A stretch of DNA of 64,000 bases from Verrucomicrobiia bacterium (GCA_035495615.1 DATJFP010000005.1:340-64339), one strand, 5' to 3'. Shown: positions 45,509-56,369, counted from the stretch's first letter. A program made the numbers and translations. Notes: a model not told the origin generated them from the letters alone.

Positions 45509-48277
45509 TTACCCCGTATTGCGCAGGCCCTGGGCAATGCCGTTGATGGACAGGAAGAGCGCGCGCTCAAGCTCTTCCTGCTCGCGCGGCGGGGCGGATT
45601 TTTCCCGCAGCCGTTCCATAAGGATAACCTGCGCGTAGCTGAGCGGGTCCACGTAAGGATTTCTCAGGCGGATCGAATGCTGGAGCACGCCGCTCGTGTC
45701 CAGGACTTCCTTTTCTCCGGTGATGGAGAGAATCGCCTTGGTCGTCGCCTCGAATTCGCGCACGATCTGGTTGAAAAAGCCCTGCCCCAAAACCTGGTCT
45801 TCGGCCAGCGCCGCGTAATGGCGGGCAATGCGCATATCGGCCTTTTGCGTGCTCATTTCCAGAAGGTCCACGACCACGCGGAAAAAAGGCCATTCTTCGT
45901 ACATTTCTTTCAGGCGCGCCAGCGCGTGCGGCTTCGCATTGACGAACGCGTTGAAAGCCGAGCCGAAGCCGTACCATCCCGGCAGCGTCTGGCGCGACTG
46001 CGTCCAGCTGAAAACCCAGGGAATGGCGCGCAGGTCCTCGATGCGGTCCGATTGCCCGCGCTTGGCCGGGCGCGAGCCGATGTTCAGCCGCGACACGATG
46101 CCGATCGGCGTCGTTTGCGCGAAATAATCGCGGAACCCTTCGGTCTCGTAGACGAGATTGCGGTAAGCGTGATACGCGATGTCGGAAAGCTCCTGCATCA
46201 CGGCCTCCCATTCCCCGTGCTTGGGCGACGGCGACGGCTCGATCAGCGTCGCGTGCAGCACCGCGGAAAGGACAAGCTCCATGTTGCGTTCCGCCATGAT
46301 CTTGTTCGAATACTTCGAGGAAATGACTTCGCCCTGTTCGGTGATCTTGATCTGCCCGTCGACCGTGTCGCGCGGCTGCGCCAGAATGGCCTTGTTGACA
46401 GGCCCTCCCCCTCTTCCAATCGCGCCGCCGCGGCCGTGAAAAATCTTCAGCTTGATCCCGTGCGCCCTCGAAACCTCGGTCAGGTCTTTCTGCGCGCAGT
46501 AAAGCGACCAGTTCGAGGTAAGAAAGCCGCCGTCTTTATTCGAATCCGAATAGCCGAGCATGACTTCCTGGCGCAGGCCGAGTTTTTTCAGATGCCTGCG
46601 GTAAACCGGATCGGTATAAAGCGAGGCCATAATCCATTTGCAGTTCTTGAGGTCTTCGATCGTTTCGAAAAGCGGGACCATCATGAGGCCCTGCGCCTTG
46701 GTTTCCTGCGCGAGCCAAAGCGCCGCCAGCACGTCGCTCGAGGACTGGGTCATGCTCAGGATGTAATCTTCGATGGCATGGGGGTCGACGTCCGCGCGGA
46801 TATCGCGGATCGTCTCGAACGTGGCCAGCATCTCGCGCGTCTTCTCGGAAAGCGAGGCCTTTTCCACGGCGCCGTGCGGGGCCTTGCGGATGAGCTTGCG
46901 CAGCAGCGCGGTCTTCCCTTCTTCGGGCAGCGTGTTCCACGGCGCCTTGAGCAGCCCGGTCTTGTGCAGGATCTCGGAAACCGCAGACTCGAGGCTTTCG
47001 CGGTTGTCGCGGATGTCCAGTTTCACGAACGAAAATCCAAAAACGTCGAGCGCGGCCGTCAGCCTTTTCACATGGGGCAGGAAGTAATCGGAGTTGTTCG
47101 CGTGAAGCGATTTCAGGATGATCTGGACGTCCGCCCTGAAATCCGCGGGCTTTTCGTAAAAGGCCTCGATGGTTTCGTCCGGCGCGGTCCGGCGTTCGGC
47201 CTTCGAGGCGTTGATACGGAGCGTGTTGATGAGCTTGCGCTGGATGAACGACCACTTCTTGCGGTAAGGCTCGTTCTGGCTTTTTTCCAGCCAGGCCTTG
47301 GCAAAAAGCGGGAGCTTGCGGCTGTCGGCCTCGATCGATTCGAGAAGTTCAGACGACGCCCCGGCCAGGTGCACGGACTGGCTGAATTCTTCCATGAGCC
47401 GGCCTGCGGCCTTGATGTATTTGCGGAGCACGATGTCTTTCTGGCGGCGCACGGCTTCGCGCGTGACGTCATGCGTGACGTTCGGGTTCGCGTCGCGGTC
47501 ACCGCCGATCCAGGAGCCGAATCTGAGGCTGGGATGGAAGCCGACGTCGCGGCCGTAGATCTGGCCGAGCTGCTCGTAAAAGCGCTGGAGCGCCGCGGGC
47601 AGCACCTTGAAAAGAACCTTGTCGAGGTAAAAAAGGCCGTTGTCCACTTCGTCGAGCACCGTCTGCTTGCGGTGGCGCAATTCGTCCGTCTGCCAGATCA
47701 GCATCATGGTGCGAAGGATCTCGTCGTCGATTTCCTTGATCTCGCGCGGCGTCAGGATTTTGTATTCGCGGTCGTAGAGCAGCCGGTCCATGGCCGTAAT
47801 CTTTTCCAGGATCGAGCGCCTCTGCGCCTCGGTCGGATGCGCGGTCAGGACGAGTTCGATGGAAAGCTGCGGCAGGATCTTCTTGAGCTCGCGGAAAGGG
47901 ATCTTCTGTTTTTTGATGCGCTCGACGATGTCCTCGACCGAGCCCGGCTGCATCTTCCCCGCGGTCTCGTAAGCGCGCTTGCGGCGGATGCGGTGCTTGT
48001 CTTCGGCCAGGTTCACGATCTGGAAATACACGGTGAACGCGCGGATCACCTGCGTGAGCTCGTAGAGATCGAGCGATTTCAGTTTTTTGATCAGGCGCGC
48101 CTCGAGCTTCGCGTTGGGATGGCGCCGAAGCTGAATCGACGTCTTGCGGATCCATTCCACGAGGTTGTAGAACTTCTTTCCCTCCTGGTTGATCAGGACT
48201 TGGCCCAGGCATTTTCCGAGCCGGCGCACGTCGTCCCTGAGCGGCGCGAGTTTTTCCAGAATGTGGGCTTTGTCCAT
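45509..48277 (-). CDS. ppc: Phosphoenolpyruvate carboxylase
   Basis: 922 aa. VLTAHPTE, GYSDSNKDGG, FHGRGGAIGRGGGP signature motifs. C-terminal NTG. Confidence 0.95.
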   Translation of the reverse strand: MDKAHILEKLAPLRDDVRRLGKCLGQVLINQEGKKFYNLVEWIRKTSIQLRRHPNAKLEARLIKKLKSLDLYELTQVIRAFTVYFQIVNLAEDKHRIRRKRAYETAGKMQPGSVEDIVERIKKQKIPFRELKKILPQLSIELVLTAHPTEAQRRSILEKITAMDRLLYDREYKILTPREIKEIDDEILRTMMLIWQTDELRHRKQTVLDEVDNGLFYLDKVLFKVLPAALQRFYEQLGQIYGRDVGFHPSLRFGSWIGGDRDANPNVTHDVTREAVRRQKDIVLRKYIKAAGRLMEEFSQSVHLAGASSELLESIEADSRKLPLFAKAWLEKSQNEPYRKKWSFIQRKLINTLRINASKAERRTAPDETIEAFYEKPADFRADVQIILKSLHANNSDYFLPHVKRLTAALDVFGFSFVKLDIRDNRESLESAVSEILHKTGLLKAPWNTLPEEGKTALLRKLIRKAPHGAVEKASLSEKTREMLATFETIRDIRADVDPHAIEDYILSMTQSSSDVLAALWLAQETKAQGLMMVPLFETIEDLKNCKWIMASLYTDPVYRRHLKKLGLRQEVMLGYSDSNKDGGFLTSNWSLYCAQKDLTEVSRAHGIKLKIFHGRGGAIGRGGGPVNKAILAQPRDTVDGQIKITEQGEVISSKYSNKIMAERNMELVLSAVLHATLIEPSPSPKHGEWEAVMQELSDIAYHAYRNLVYETEGFRDYFAQTTPIGIVSRLNIGSRPAKRGQSDRIEDLRAIPWVFSWTQSRQTLPGWYGFGSAFNAFVNAKPHALARLKEMYEEWPFFRVVVDLLEMSTQKADMRIARHYAALAEDQVLGQGFFNQIVREFEATTKAILSITGEKEVLDTSGVLQHSIRLRNPYVDPLSYAQVILMERLREKSAPPREQEELERALFLSINGIAQGLRNTG

Positions 48278-48297
48278 AAGAGATCTTGGTTGGAAGG

Positions 48298-48621
48298 TTA
48301 AACCGAGAAGGATTCTCCGCAGCCGCAGGTCTTGTTGGCCTTGGGATTGATGAACTTGAAGCCGCGGCCTTCGAGCTGGTCCGCGTAATCGAGCGTCGTG
48401 CCTTCGAGATAAAGGTAGCTCTTGGGGTCCACGAAGACCTTCAGGCCTTCGAACGTGTATTCGTTGTCGCCCTGCTTTTTCTTGTCGAAATTCATGCCGT
48501 AGGAAAGGCCGGAACAGCCGCCGCCTTTGACGAGCAGGCGCAGGCCCACGATCTCTTTTTCCTTTTCTCTTTCCAGCATGCGTTTGATTTCGGATACCGC
48601 GGTCGGGGTCAGTGTAATCAT
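48298..48621 (-). CDS. Iron-sulfur cluster insertion protein (HesB/IscA/ErpA family)
   Basis: 107 aa; GGCSGLSYGM and C-terminal CGCGESF. Confidence 0.85.
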   Translation of the reverse strand: MITLTPTAVSEIKRMLEREKEKEIVGLRLLVKGGGCSGLSYGMNFDKKKQGDNEYTFEGLKVFVDPKSYLYLEGTTLDYADQLEGRGFKFINPKANKTCGCGESFSV

Positions 48622-48651
48622 GGGATTCTCCTCACTTCAATTATATCTCAG

Positions 48652-49857
48652 TCACTGGGATGATGCCATCCGCGTATCGCCTTCCGCGGAATAAAACGGG
48701 GACAGCGCGCGGAGCGACTCCACGGCCTTCGTGACGTGTTCCAGAACAAAGTCGATTTCTTCTTCGGTGGTAAAACGTCCGAGCCCGAACCGGACCGAGC
48801 CGTGAACGTATTGCCGCGGCACGGCGAGCGCTTTCAAAACATGCGACGGCTCATTGCGGCCGGACGTGCAGGCTGAGCTCGTCGAGACCGCGATCTCGCG
48901 GCTGATTTTCATAAGCAGCGCTTCCGCGTCGATGCCCGCGAAACTGATATTCAGGTTTCCGGCAAGGCGCGCGGCGGCGCAGCCGTTCACGCGCGTCTGC
49001 GGCAGGCGCCTGAGCCCGGCTTCCAGCCTGTCGCGCAGCGCGGCCACGCGGCGCGATTCGCTTCCCATTTCATTGTGCGCGATCCCGCAGGCCGCGCCTA
49101 GCCCCACGATGCCCGGCACATTCAGCGTGCCCGAACGCAGGCCCTGTTCCTGTTCGCCGCCGTGGATCAGGGGCGCGAGCCTCACCCGCGGATTTTTTCT
49201 CCGCGCATACAAAGCGCCCGCGCCTTTGGGCCCATAGACCTTATGCGCGGTCAGCGACAGAAGGTCGAGCCCCAAAGCCTCGACGTTCACGGGAATTTTT
49301 CCCACGGCCTGCGCGCCGTCCGCGTGAAAGAAAACCTGCCGGGCCTTGGCGATCTTACCGATCTCGGCCGCGGGCTGCAGCGTGCCGATCTCGTTGTTGG
49401 CCAGCATGACAGAAATCAAAATCGTCCCGGGCGTCACGGCCTTTTCCACGTCCGAGGGCCGGACGCGGCCTTCTTCGTCGACCGGAAGATAAGTGACCTG
49501 AGCGCCCTGCTTTTCCAGGAAGCGGCAGGTTTCGAGCACCGACTTGTGCTCGGTCTGCTGCGTGATGATGTGTTTGCCCTGGTCCTTGTAAACTTCCCAC
49601 ACGCCTTTGATCGCGAGATTGTTGGATTCCGTGGCGCCGCCGGTAAAAATAATTTCTTCCGCCGAAGCGCCGATGAGATGGGCAACCTGCGCCCTCGCCT
49701 CTTCCACTTTTTTCTCCGCGTCCATGCCGAACGCGTGCGTCTTGCTCGCGGCATTGCCGAAGGCCTGGTCGAAATAAGGCAGCAGGGCTTCCTTCACCCG
49801 GGGGTCCACGGGCGTGGTCGCATGACAATCCATGTAAATGGGCAGTTTCACGATCAT
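48652..49857 (-). CDS. Cysteine desulfurase (IscS/NifS class)
   Basis: PLP-lysine region SLTAHKVYGPKGAGAL and active-site SSACTSG; 401 aa. Confidence 0.9.
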   Translation of the reverse strand: MIVKLPIYMDCHATTPVDPRVKEALLPYFDQAFGNAASKTHAFGMDAEKKVEEARAQVAHLIGASAEEIIFTGGATESNNLAIKGVWEVYKDQGKHIITQQTEHKSVLETCRFLEKQGAQVTYLPVDEEGRVRPSDVEKAVTPGTILISVMLANNEIGTLQPAAEIGKIAKARQVFFHADGAQAVGKIPVNVEALGLDLLSLTAHKVYGPKGAGALYARRKNPRVRLAPLIHGGEQEQGLRSGTLNVPGIVGLGAACGIAHNEMGSESRRVAALRDRLEAGLRRLPQTRVNGCAAARLAGNLNISFAGIDAEALLMKISREIAVSTSSACTSGRNEPSHVLKALAVPRQYVHGSVRFGLGRFTTEEEIDFVLEHVTKAVESLRALSPFYSAEGDTRMASSQ

Positions 49858-49990
49858 CCTTCTAAGCCTAGAAAAAAGAGAGAGTTACGGCGAAAAAACC
49901 AAGCAAGACGGAGGGGGCCCGGCTTCCGGCCTCCCGTAACATACCATTAACGAGACCTTCTGTCACTTCTGGAGGATGATCGGTGGACGG

Positions 49991-50605
49991 TCAAAAAAGA
50001 CTGGTGGGAAAGGCATCCGCCTTGGCGGTCTGGGACTTTTGGATGATTTCTTCGGTTTCCGCTTTCCAATTCACAGGGATTTCGTAGGTCTTGTAGTCCC
50101 AGCTGGAAGTAAAAAGGATTTTCCCTTCGCGGCAGCCGTATTCGTAAACGTCTTTGGTGAGCCTCACGTCGTCCTGGCAGTAACGCTTGAGTTCGTCCAT
50201 GCGGCCTTCCTTGTACATGACGAGCGCTTCGGCGCCGTGGCCGGATTTGTGCTGCTTGAGCGTGGGGCCCGCGATGCTGTCGAGGCTCGCTCGGTGGCCG
50301 CGCTCTTTTTCGATGACGTCGAGAAGGTCGAGCACGGGAAGCTGCTCAATGGAACGGAAAAGATACGGCTCGAGCACCGGAAGGTCAAAGCGGCGGACGT
50401 TGAAACCGATGACCAGCGGCGATTCCTGCAGGCGCTTGTCGAGGGCCATGGTTTCTTTTTCTTCGTAGGCCACGTACGAGCCGGTCAGATAATCGTAAAT
50501 GCAGACGACCGACACTTTCAGTTTGTGGAGATTCGCCCGGCCCACGTCCTTGAAAGACTTCTGGGTCTCGAGGTCGAGCACAAGAATGTTTTGTCCCTGC
50601 TGCAT
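49991..50605 (-). CDS. Predicted 3'-5' exonuclease (RNase H-like / DEDD fold, COG3359-like)
   Basis: ILVLDLETQ (Exo I DxE), IGFNVRRFDLPVL, later Y/D acidic motif; 204 aa. Confidence 0.45.
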   Translation of the reverse strand: MQQGQNILVLDLETQKSFKDVGRANLHKLKVSVVCIYDYLTGSYVAYEEKETMALDKRLQESPLVIGFNVRRFDLPVLEPYLFRSIEQLPVLDLLDVIEKERGHRASLDSIAGPTLKQHKSGHGAEALVMYKEGRMDELKRYCQDDVRLTKDVYEYGCREGKILFTSSWDYKTYEIPVNWKAETEEIIQKSQTAKADAFPTSLF

Positions 50606-50633
50606 GAAGGCCTCGGAAAAAGGAGATTGGGAA

Positions 50634-51446
50634 TTACGCGCCCATGATCCTGTAGCCGCAGTCGACGTACAGGATTTCGCCCGTGATGCCGCCGGAAAGC
50701 GGGCTCGCGAGGAAAAGGCCGGCGTTGCCGACTTCTTCCAGCTCGACGTTCCGCTTCAGCGCCGCGCGGTTGCGGTGGCTTTCAAGCATCGTGGTAAAAC
50801 CCGCGATGCCGCGCGCGGCCAGCGTGTTGACCGGCCCGGCCGAGATGCCGTTGACGCGGATTTTCTTCGGGCCCAGGTCCGCGGCGAGATAACGGATCGC
50901 GGATTCCAGGCTGGCCTTGGCAAGGCCCATGACGTTGTAGTTGGGGACGACTTTTTCGGAGCCCAGGTACGTGAGCGCTACGATGCTGCCGCCGTTCTTT
51001 TCGAGCAGCGGTTCCGCGGCCTTGGACAGGGCCAGCAGAGAGAAAGCGCTGATGTCCTGCGCGAGGTGGAAGCCTTCGCGGGAAGTCTCCACCGTGCGGC
51101 CGGCCAGTTCTTCCTTCTTGGCGAACGCGATGCAGTGGATCATGAAATCGAGCGAACCGAAATCCGAAGCCAGCTTGTCGAAGACACTCTTGATTTCTTC
51201 GTCTTTTGAGACGTCGCAGCCGTAAAGCGGCGAAGTCCCGGGAAGGGTGTCCGCGAGCTCTTTCACGCTTTCCTGCAGGCGTTCGCCCTGGTACGTGAAC
51301 GCAAGCTGCGCGCCGTTGGCGGAAAGCGCCTTGGCAATGCCCCATGCGATGCTGCGCTTATTGGCGACGCCCAGCACGAGGCCTTTTTTGCCTTTAAGAA
51401 GATTGGAAGTAAACGGTTCGTTTTCGGTCATGGTTTGCTCCGGCAT
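50634..51446 (-). CDS. fabI: Enoyl-[acyl-carrier-protein] reductase (NADH), FabI
   Basis: GKKGLVLGVANKRSIAWGIA, catalytic Y-x6-K (YNVMGLAKASLE); GGAG RBS 7 nt upstream. Confidence 0.9.
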   Translation of the reverse strand: MPEQTMTENEPFTSNLLKGKKGLVLGVANKRSIAWGIAKALSANGAQLAFTYQGERLQESVKELADTLPGTSPLYGCDVSKDEEIKSVFDKLASDFGSLDFMIHCIAFAKKEELAGRTVETSREGFHLAQDISAFSLLALSKAAEPLLEKNGGSIVALTYLGSEKVVPNYNVMGLAKASLESAIRYLAADLGPKKIRVNGISAGPVNTLAARGIAGFTTMLESHRNRAALKRNVELEEVGNAGLFLASPLSGGITGEILYVDCGYRIMGA

Positions 51447-51649
51447 AAGGACTCCTCAGAAATGATGGTGAAGTGGCCTCAGGTTATCGCAAGGCCTGGG
51501 TCGTGTCAAGATTAGATCATGCCCGCAAACGCTGACCTGCGCGCAGCAGACTTGAGCAATGCATCAGACCTGGTGCGGATACGGAAGCGTCTCGCTTCCG
51601 AGAGCCTGCCGAAACCATCTGGTTTCGGCGCCCCGTCCATGCTCACCGT

Positions 51650-52348
51650 TCAGAGAAGTTCCTTCAAATCGTGAATCACGGTGACGCCTTCGAAATGATG
51701 CGGCTCCGCGTGCTTCCTTTTCGCGCGGTCGATCAGCACCGCGTCCATGCCCGCACCTTTCGCGCCGCGCACGTCGTCTTCCAGGCTGTCGCCGATGTGC
51801 ACGGCCCGCGAGGGGTCCACGCCCCAGCGCCGCAGCGCTTCCCGGAAAATCTTCGGGCTGGGTTTCGACGCGCCGAAAACCGCCGAGATCAAAATGAACT
51901 CGAAATAAGAAGACAGCCCCAGCCCCTCGCAGAGATGCAGCAGGCGGCTGTCCCAGTTGGAAATGACGCAGAGTTTTTTCTTCCGGCCTTTTAGCTCTTG
52001 CAGGACATGCATCGTCTCGGGAAAAAGCTTCCAGCGCGAAGGCCCGGCGAATTCCACGTAAAGCTCCTCGAAAAAAGCGTCAAAGCCGTTCACGCCCGGA
52101 AAGTGCCGGAAGACTTCGGCAACGAGCGTGCGCCACCATTCCTTCTCGACTTTCTCGTCGGACAGGCTGACAAGGCCCGAGATGTCGCGTTTGTGCCACA
52201 GGGCGCGGAATTTTTCCTCGATGTGGAGCGGCTCCGCGCGGCATCCGTACTTGAGCGCGACCTCGCTGTAGATCTCGCCCACGGAAGGATGCGGCGTGAA
52301 CAGCGTGCCGCCGGCGTCGAAACAGATGACTTCGTAAGAGTTCAGCAT
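51650..52348 (-). CDS. HAD-IA family hydrolase (REG-2-like)
   Basis: ICFDAGGTL motif I, SNWDSRL, GDSLEDDVRGAKGAG motif IV. Confidence 0.65.
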   Translation of the reverse strand: MLNSYEVICFDAGGTLFTPHPSVGEIYSEVALKYGCRAEPLHIEEKFRALWHKRDISGLVSLSDEKVEKEWWRTLVAEVFRHFPGVNGFDAFFEELYVEFAGPSRWKLFPETMHVLQELKGRKKKLCVISNWDSRLLHLCEGLGLSSYFEFILISAVFGASKPSPKIFREALRRWGVDPSRAVHIGDSLEDDVRGAKGAGMDAVLIDRAKRKHAEPHHFEGVTVIHDLKELL

Positions 52349-52355
52349 GGAAGGA

Positions 52356-53168
52356 TCAATAATCTTCGTTTTGGGCGGACCGGGAGCCGCGGTTCAGGAA
52401 TTGCTGGGCCAGCATCATGCCCAGATACGGAAGCGCCTGCTGACCCGCCGTGCTCTGATTCTGCGCCTGCGCCATCTGTCCGAAGCCCGAGTTCGCGAGC
52501 GGCGAATTCTGATAGCCCTGGCGCAAATTTTCGAGCGCCCGCATCGTCCCCTGCTGGTCGCTTCTCTGTTTGGCATTGCGCTCGTTGATTTCCAGGTCTT
52601 CCAGGGCGTCGCGGATGCCCGTGTTGTAATAGTCGATCTCGCGCGCTTCCTTATAAGTGTCGCGGGCCTCGTCGAAAAATCCCTGGATCTGGTAGATCTC
52701 CGCGATCTGCATGAGCGCCTGCAGCTTCAGCTGGCTGTCGCCGGTTTTCTCAGCCTGCGCGATGACGTCGCGGAAAATTTCCCGCGAGCGTTCGAATTCC
52801 CCGAGCCGTTTGAACGTGACGGCCAGGTTAAAACGCGCGGGCACGTAACCCGGATCCAGCATGAGCGTCTCCTCGAGCTCCTGCGTCACCCGCTGCAGCG
52901 CGGCATCGGCCCTGTCCTTGTCGCGCCCGGACTTGAAGCGGTCGTGCATGTCCGCGTAAAGGTTCGCCATCTCGAAATGGTACATGGGATTGTCGGGCTG
53001 CAATTCAACGGCCTGCTTCAAAAGCTGCTCGGCGGCATCGAGATTGCCCGAAGCGCGCATCTGCGCGGCCTGGTCAAAGGCGGCCTGGGCATCGGGATTG
53101 GGGGTAAGAGCGAAAACGGGCGAGGTGATCAACACCGGGATTAAAGCGAAGGCCAGGATGCGTGACAT
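52356..53168 (-). CDS. Secreted TPR-repeat protein
   Basis: Signal peptide MSRILAFALIPVLITSPVFA; several TPR-like A/L/Y-rich helix pairs. Confidence 0.55.
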   Translation of the reverse strand: MSRILAFALIPVLITSPVFALTPNPDAQAAFDQAAQMRASGNLDAAEQLLKQAVELQPDNPMYHFEMANLYADMHDRFKSGRDKDRADAALQRVTQELEETLMLDPGYVPARFNLAVTFKRLGEFERSREIFRDVIAQAEKTGDSQLKLQALMQIAEIYQIQGFFDEARDTYKEAREIDYYNTGIRDALEDLEINERNAKQRSDQQGTMRALENLRQGYQNSPLANSGFGQMAQAQNQSTAGQQALPYLGMMLAQQFLNRGSRSAQNEDY

Positions 53169-53218
53169 GAAAGTACCGGCGCCGGTTTCGGACCGGCGCC
53201 GGCCCTCCTTTTATGGGA

Positions 53219-53743
53219 TTAAGCGCGCGCGCCCGATTTGAGCGAGTTGAGCGCCGCGTCGTAATTCGGATGCTGCGTGACTTCCGGGACGTATTCCACG
53301 TACTGGATCTTGTCGTCCGCGCCGACGATGAACACCGCGCGCGTGAGAAGATGCAGTTCCTTGATCAGCGCGCCGTAAGCCGTGCCGAACGAAGCGCCGC
53401 GCCAGTCGGAAAGCGTCTGGACTTTCGTCGCGCTGGAAGCGCCGCACCAGCGCTTCTGCGCGAACGGCAGGTCCATGCTGATGGTCAGCACCGCGACATT
53501 GGCGGGAAGCTTGGACGCTTCTTCATTGAAGCGCTTGGTCTGCAGGTCGCAAACCGGCGTGTCGAGCGACGGAACGACGCTGATGAGACGCGTCTTGCCC
53601 TTGGTGCTCGCAAGCGTGGCTTCGGTCAGGTCATTGGCCACAACCTTGAAATCCGGAGCCTTGTCGCCCACTTTGAGCTGGGGGCCGACCAGCGTCATGG
53701 GATTTCCTTTAAAAGTAATCGCGCCTTTTCTTTCCTGTGACAT
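53219..53743 (-). CDS. tpx: Thiol peroxidase Tpx
   Basis: Start trimmed to MSQERKG. Motifs SVVPSLDTPVCDLQ (peroxidatic Cys) and resolving Cys SDWRGASFGTAYG. Confidence 0.85.
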   Translation of the reverse strand: MSQERKGAITFKGNPMTLVGPQLKVGDKAPDFKVVANDLTEATLASTKGKTRLISVVPSLDTPVCDLQTKRFNEEASKLPANVAVLTISMDLPFAQKRWCGASSATKVQTLSDWRGASFGTAYGALIKELHLLTRAVFIVGADDKIQYVEYVPEVTQHPNYDAALNSLKSGARA

Positions 53744-53761
53744 AAAGATCTCCTTGGTAAC

Positions 53762-53788
53762 GGGGACAAGCCTAAAAGGCATGTCCCC
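53762..53788. repeat. GGGGACA(N)TGTCCCC hairpin repeat, copy 3
   Basis: ggggacaagcctaaaaggcatgtcccc. Confidence 0.6.
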
Positions 53789-53894
53789 GGATATTCATCT
53801 TGTTTGCGAGAAAAAGTCCGGAAGGCCGGCCGGCTCGCGACGGAGCAGCCTCCAAAAAAGAGGTTTAGTATAGCACAAGAGAGGCGGAAGAGGG

Positions 53895-55550
53895 CTAGGA
53901 GACCTTCTCGGGCGCGGAAGCCAGGAGGCGGCCGGGCCTGGCTCCGGCATGAAGCTCGCCTCGCTCGATGACGGGCACGCCGTTCACGAAAACCCATTGC
54001 ATGCCCGAGCTGAACTCTTTGGGATGATCGTAAGTCGCGTTGTCGCGCAGCTTGCCGGGATCGGCCAGGACGAGATCCGCATAGCCGCCGGCCTGGATAC
54101 GGCCGCGGTCTTTGAGCCCGAAATAATCCGCGCTCTCGGACGTGTTTTTGCGGATGAACGCCGCGGCTGACGCCTCCGTCCCCTGCATTTCATGCGCCAA
54201 GAGCCTCGAAAATGTGCCGAAGGCGCGCGGGTGCGGATAATCGCTGCCGTCGGCGATGCTGTCCGAGCCCACGGCCACGTAGGGCTGGGCCAGGACTTTG
54301 TCGATGACGTCGAGGCTCTGCGAAAATGAAAACGCGCTGATTTCAAAAGCCGAGCGCTCGAGAAGGCCCACGAGCGTTTCTTCCGGCGAAAGTCCCTGCT
54401 TGGCCGCCACTTCCTGAAGCGTCTTCCCGGAAAATTGCTGATCGGCTTCGTTCGCGACGGACGCAATCATCACCGCGTTCCAGTCGCGCGGATGCTCGCG
54501 GTAATAATCTTTCAGCTGCTTGATCAGCTCCGGGCGCTTGGTGTCGTCCATGAAAAGCTGCAGACGGTCTTCGCGCGTGAAAATCTCATCCGGCAGCACG
54601 ACGCCCAGCTCCGCGGCGCTTCCTTGATAAGGATAAGCGTCCGCGCGCACGCGCAGCCCCTGCTTGCGCGCCTCGTCGATCAGCCTCAGCGCCTCGTCGA
54701 TCTTGGGCCAATTGTTTTTGCCCGCGGCCTTGAGATGGGAAATCTGGATCTTCGCGCCGGCGGCTTCGCCGATGCGCAGCGTTTCCTCGATGGCTTCAAT
54801 CAGGCGGCTGCCTTCATTTCGCATGTGAAAGGCGCAGATGCCGTCGAATTCGGCCGCGACCTTGCAGAGTTCGGTGAGCTCTTTCTCGTCCGCATAGATG
54901 CCGGGAAGATAAATAAGGCCGTACGAAATGCCGATGGCCCCATCGTTCATGGCGCGGCGCAGAAGGTCCTTCATGGCTTCCAGTTCTTCCGGCGTGGCGG
55001 GCCGCGCCTGCATGCCCATGACGGACGCGCGGATGTTGCCGTGCCCGGCAAGCGACGCGATGTTGGTCATGCCGCCGAGCTTTTCATACCACGCGCGGTA
55101 ATCGGAAAATTCTTTCCATTCCACCGGGCCGGGCAGTTTCACGCCTTCGCGCGCCCAGATGGAAGGCATGAGCGCGGGCTGCTGCCCCTCGGCCGGAGCC
55201 GCGGACATGCCGCAATTGCCCACGATCTCGGTGGTGACGCCCTGAAACACCTTGTTCGCAAGGCCTGGATAAACCCACTCATTCATGTCCGAATGCGTGT
55301 GCGCGTCGATAAAGCCGGGCATGAGGAAGAGCCCTCGCCCGTCGATTACCTGGCGCGCGTCGGAGGCGGCCAGTTTTCCCACGGCCGCGATGCGCTCGCC
55401 TTTCACGGCCACGTCCGCCTGCCGGGCTTTCGAGGAAACGCCGTCAAAGACCGTTGCGCCCTGGATCAAAAAATCATACGCAGGCTCCTGGGCCTTGGCG
55501 GAAGCGGAAGTGAGAAGAATGGCGGCGAGCGTCATCCCGAAGAGCTTCAT
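53895..55550 (-). CDS. N-acyl-D-amino-acid deacylase (D-aminoacylase) family amidohydrolase, secreted
   Basis: Start trimmed to [20 protein letters not shown] (signal peptide; ATG 55548-55550 overlapping the queF stop as ATGA). [10 protein letters not shown] metal-binding motif. About 550 aa. Confidence 0.7.
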   Translation of the reverse strand: MKLFGMTLAAILLTSASAKAQEPAYDFLIQGATVFDGVSSKARQADVAVKGERIAAVGKLAASDARQVIDGRGLFLMPGFIDAHTHSDMNEWVYPGLANKVFQGVTTEIVGNCGMSAAPAEGQQPALMPSIWAREGVKLPGPVEWKEFSDYRAWYEKLGGMTNIASLAGHGNIRASVMGMQARPATPEELEAMKDLLRRAMNDGAIGISYGLIYLPGIYADEKELTELCKVAAEFDGICAFHMRNEGSRLIEAIEETLRIGEAAGAKIQISHLKAAGKNNWPKIDEALRLIDEARKQGLRVRADAYPYQGSAAELGVVLPDEIFTREDRLQLFMDDTKRPELIKQLKDYYREHPRDWNAVMIASVANEADQQFSGKTLQEVAAKQGLSPEETLVGLLERSAFEISAFSFSQSLDVIDKVLAQPYVAVGSDSIADGSDYPHPRAFGTFSRLLAHEMQGTEASAAAFIRKNTSESADYFGLKDRGRIQAGGYADLVLADPGKLRDNATYDHPKEFSSGMQWVFVNGVPVIERGELHAGARPGRLLASAPEKVS

Positions 55551-55927
55551 GAACCGCGGGATGGGGTTTTGCCGCTTTTGCGGTGGGAAGCGCGGACGAC
55601 GGTATGGATGCCGCCGCGCACGAAAAAATCGCCCTCGATGTCCATGCGTCTCGGCCGGACGGCTTTGACGAGATCGTCGAGGATCTGGTTGGTCACCTTT
55701 TCGTGAAATGCCCCTTCGTTGCGGTAACTCCAGAGGTAGAGCTTCAGGCTCTTGAGTTCCACGCAAAGGCGGTCCGGAACGTAAACGATGCGGATCGTCG
55801 CGAAATCCGGCTGGCCGGTTTTCGGGCACACGCAGGTGAACTCCGGACACTCGAACCGGATTTCGTAATCGCGGCCCGGGTACGGGTTCGGAAAGGATTC
55901 CAAATGCTTCGACGGCTTCGTTGGCAT
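55547..55927 (-). CDS. queF: NADPH-dependent 7-cyano-7-deazaguanine reductase QueF (unimodular type)
   Basis: Start trimmed to [15 protein letters not shown]. Motifs [15 protein letters not shown] and [13 protein letters not shown]. Confidence 0.8.
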   Translation of the reverse strand: MPTKPSKHLESFPNPYPGRDYEIRFECPEFTCVCPKTGQPDFATIRIVYVPDRLCVELKSLKLYLWSYRNEGAFHEKVTNQILDDLVKAVRPRRMDIEGDFFVRGGIHTVVRASHRKSGKTPSRGS

Positions 55928-56111
55928 GGCGAGGATTATATCATAGCCGCAAAACGGGCCGGTGCGGCCCTGGGGAGAATCGCATGATACGAGAGCCGGG
56001 TCTCTTTTTACGATAGCCCCATCGAAATTTTCCGCGTTTGCGCTTTCGCGGCCGGAGCCAGGGCGGTTATCTTCATGACAAGGGGAATACGCGACAGGAG
56101 AACCATCAACC

Positions 56112-56369
56112 ATGAAACCACTCTGGGAGGACTTGGTGCAGGATTTTCTTGAGATCGGATGCAGGCTCAATAAAAACGAAACGGAATCGGCTTTAAACGC
56201 GCTGCGGGAGGAAGCCCCCGAAGGGGAAGAGATTTACATGCACCCGGCCTTTTCGGTCGGCGGCAAAATCATGGTCGTCGTGCGGCACAGCCATTTGAAG
56301 GAATGCTTCTTTTATTTCGCCGGCGAGGGAAAAACCGTCAAGCAGGCGCTGGACGCCGTTTACAAGTGA
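56112..56369 (+). CDS. Hypothetical small protein (85 aa)
   Basis: AGGAGA RBS 8 nt upstream of ATG; no motif recognised; lone plus-strand ORF in a minus-strand block. Confidence 0.35.
   Translation: MKPLWEDLVQDFLEIGCRLNKNETESALNALREEAPEGEEIYMHPAFSVGGKIMVVVRHSHLKECFFYFAGEGKTVKQALDAVYK

Noticed and set aside
53169-53218. CCGGCGCCGG palindromic hairpin between tpx and the TPR gene as a rho-independent terminator
   Set aside because: The stem is strong, but the U-run is on the plus strand, where no upstream gene exists. In the transcribed (minus) sense it is not followed by a U-tract. Left as an unassigned structure.
53895-55850. 651-aa version of the D-aminoacylase with a 100-residue Arg/Pro-rich N-terminal extension
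   Set aside because: The extension overlaps queF and has no motif. An internal ATG gives a canonical signal peptide and a 4-nt ATGA overlap with the queF stop.
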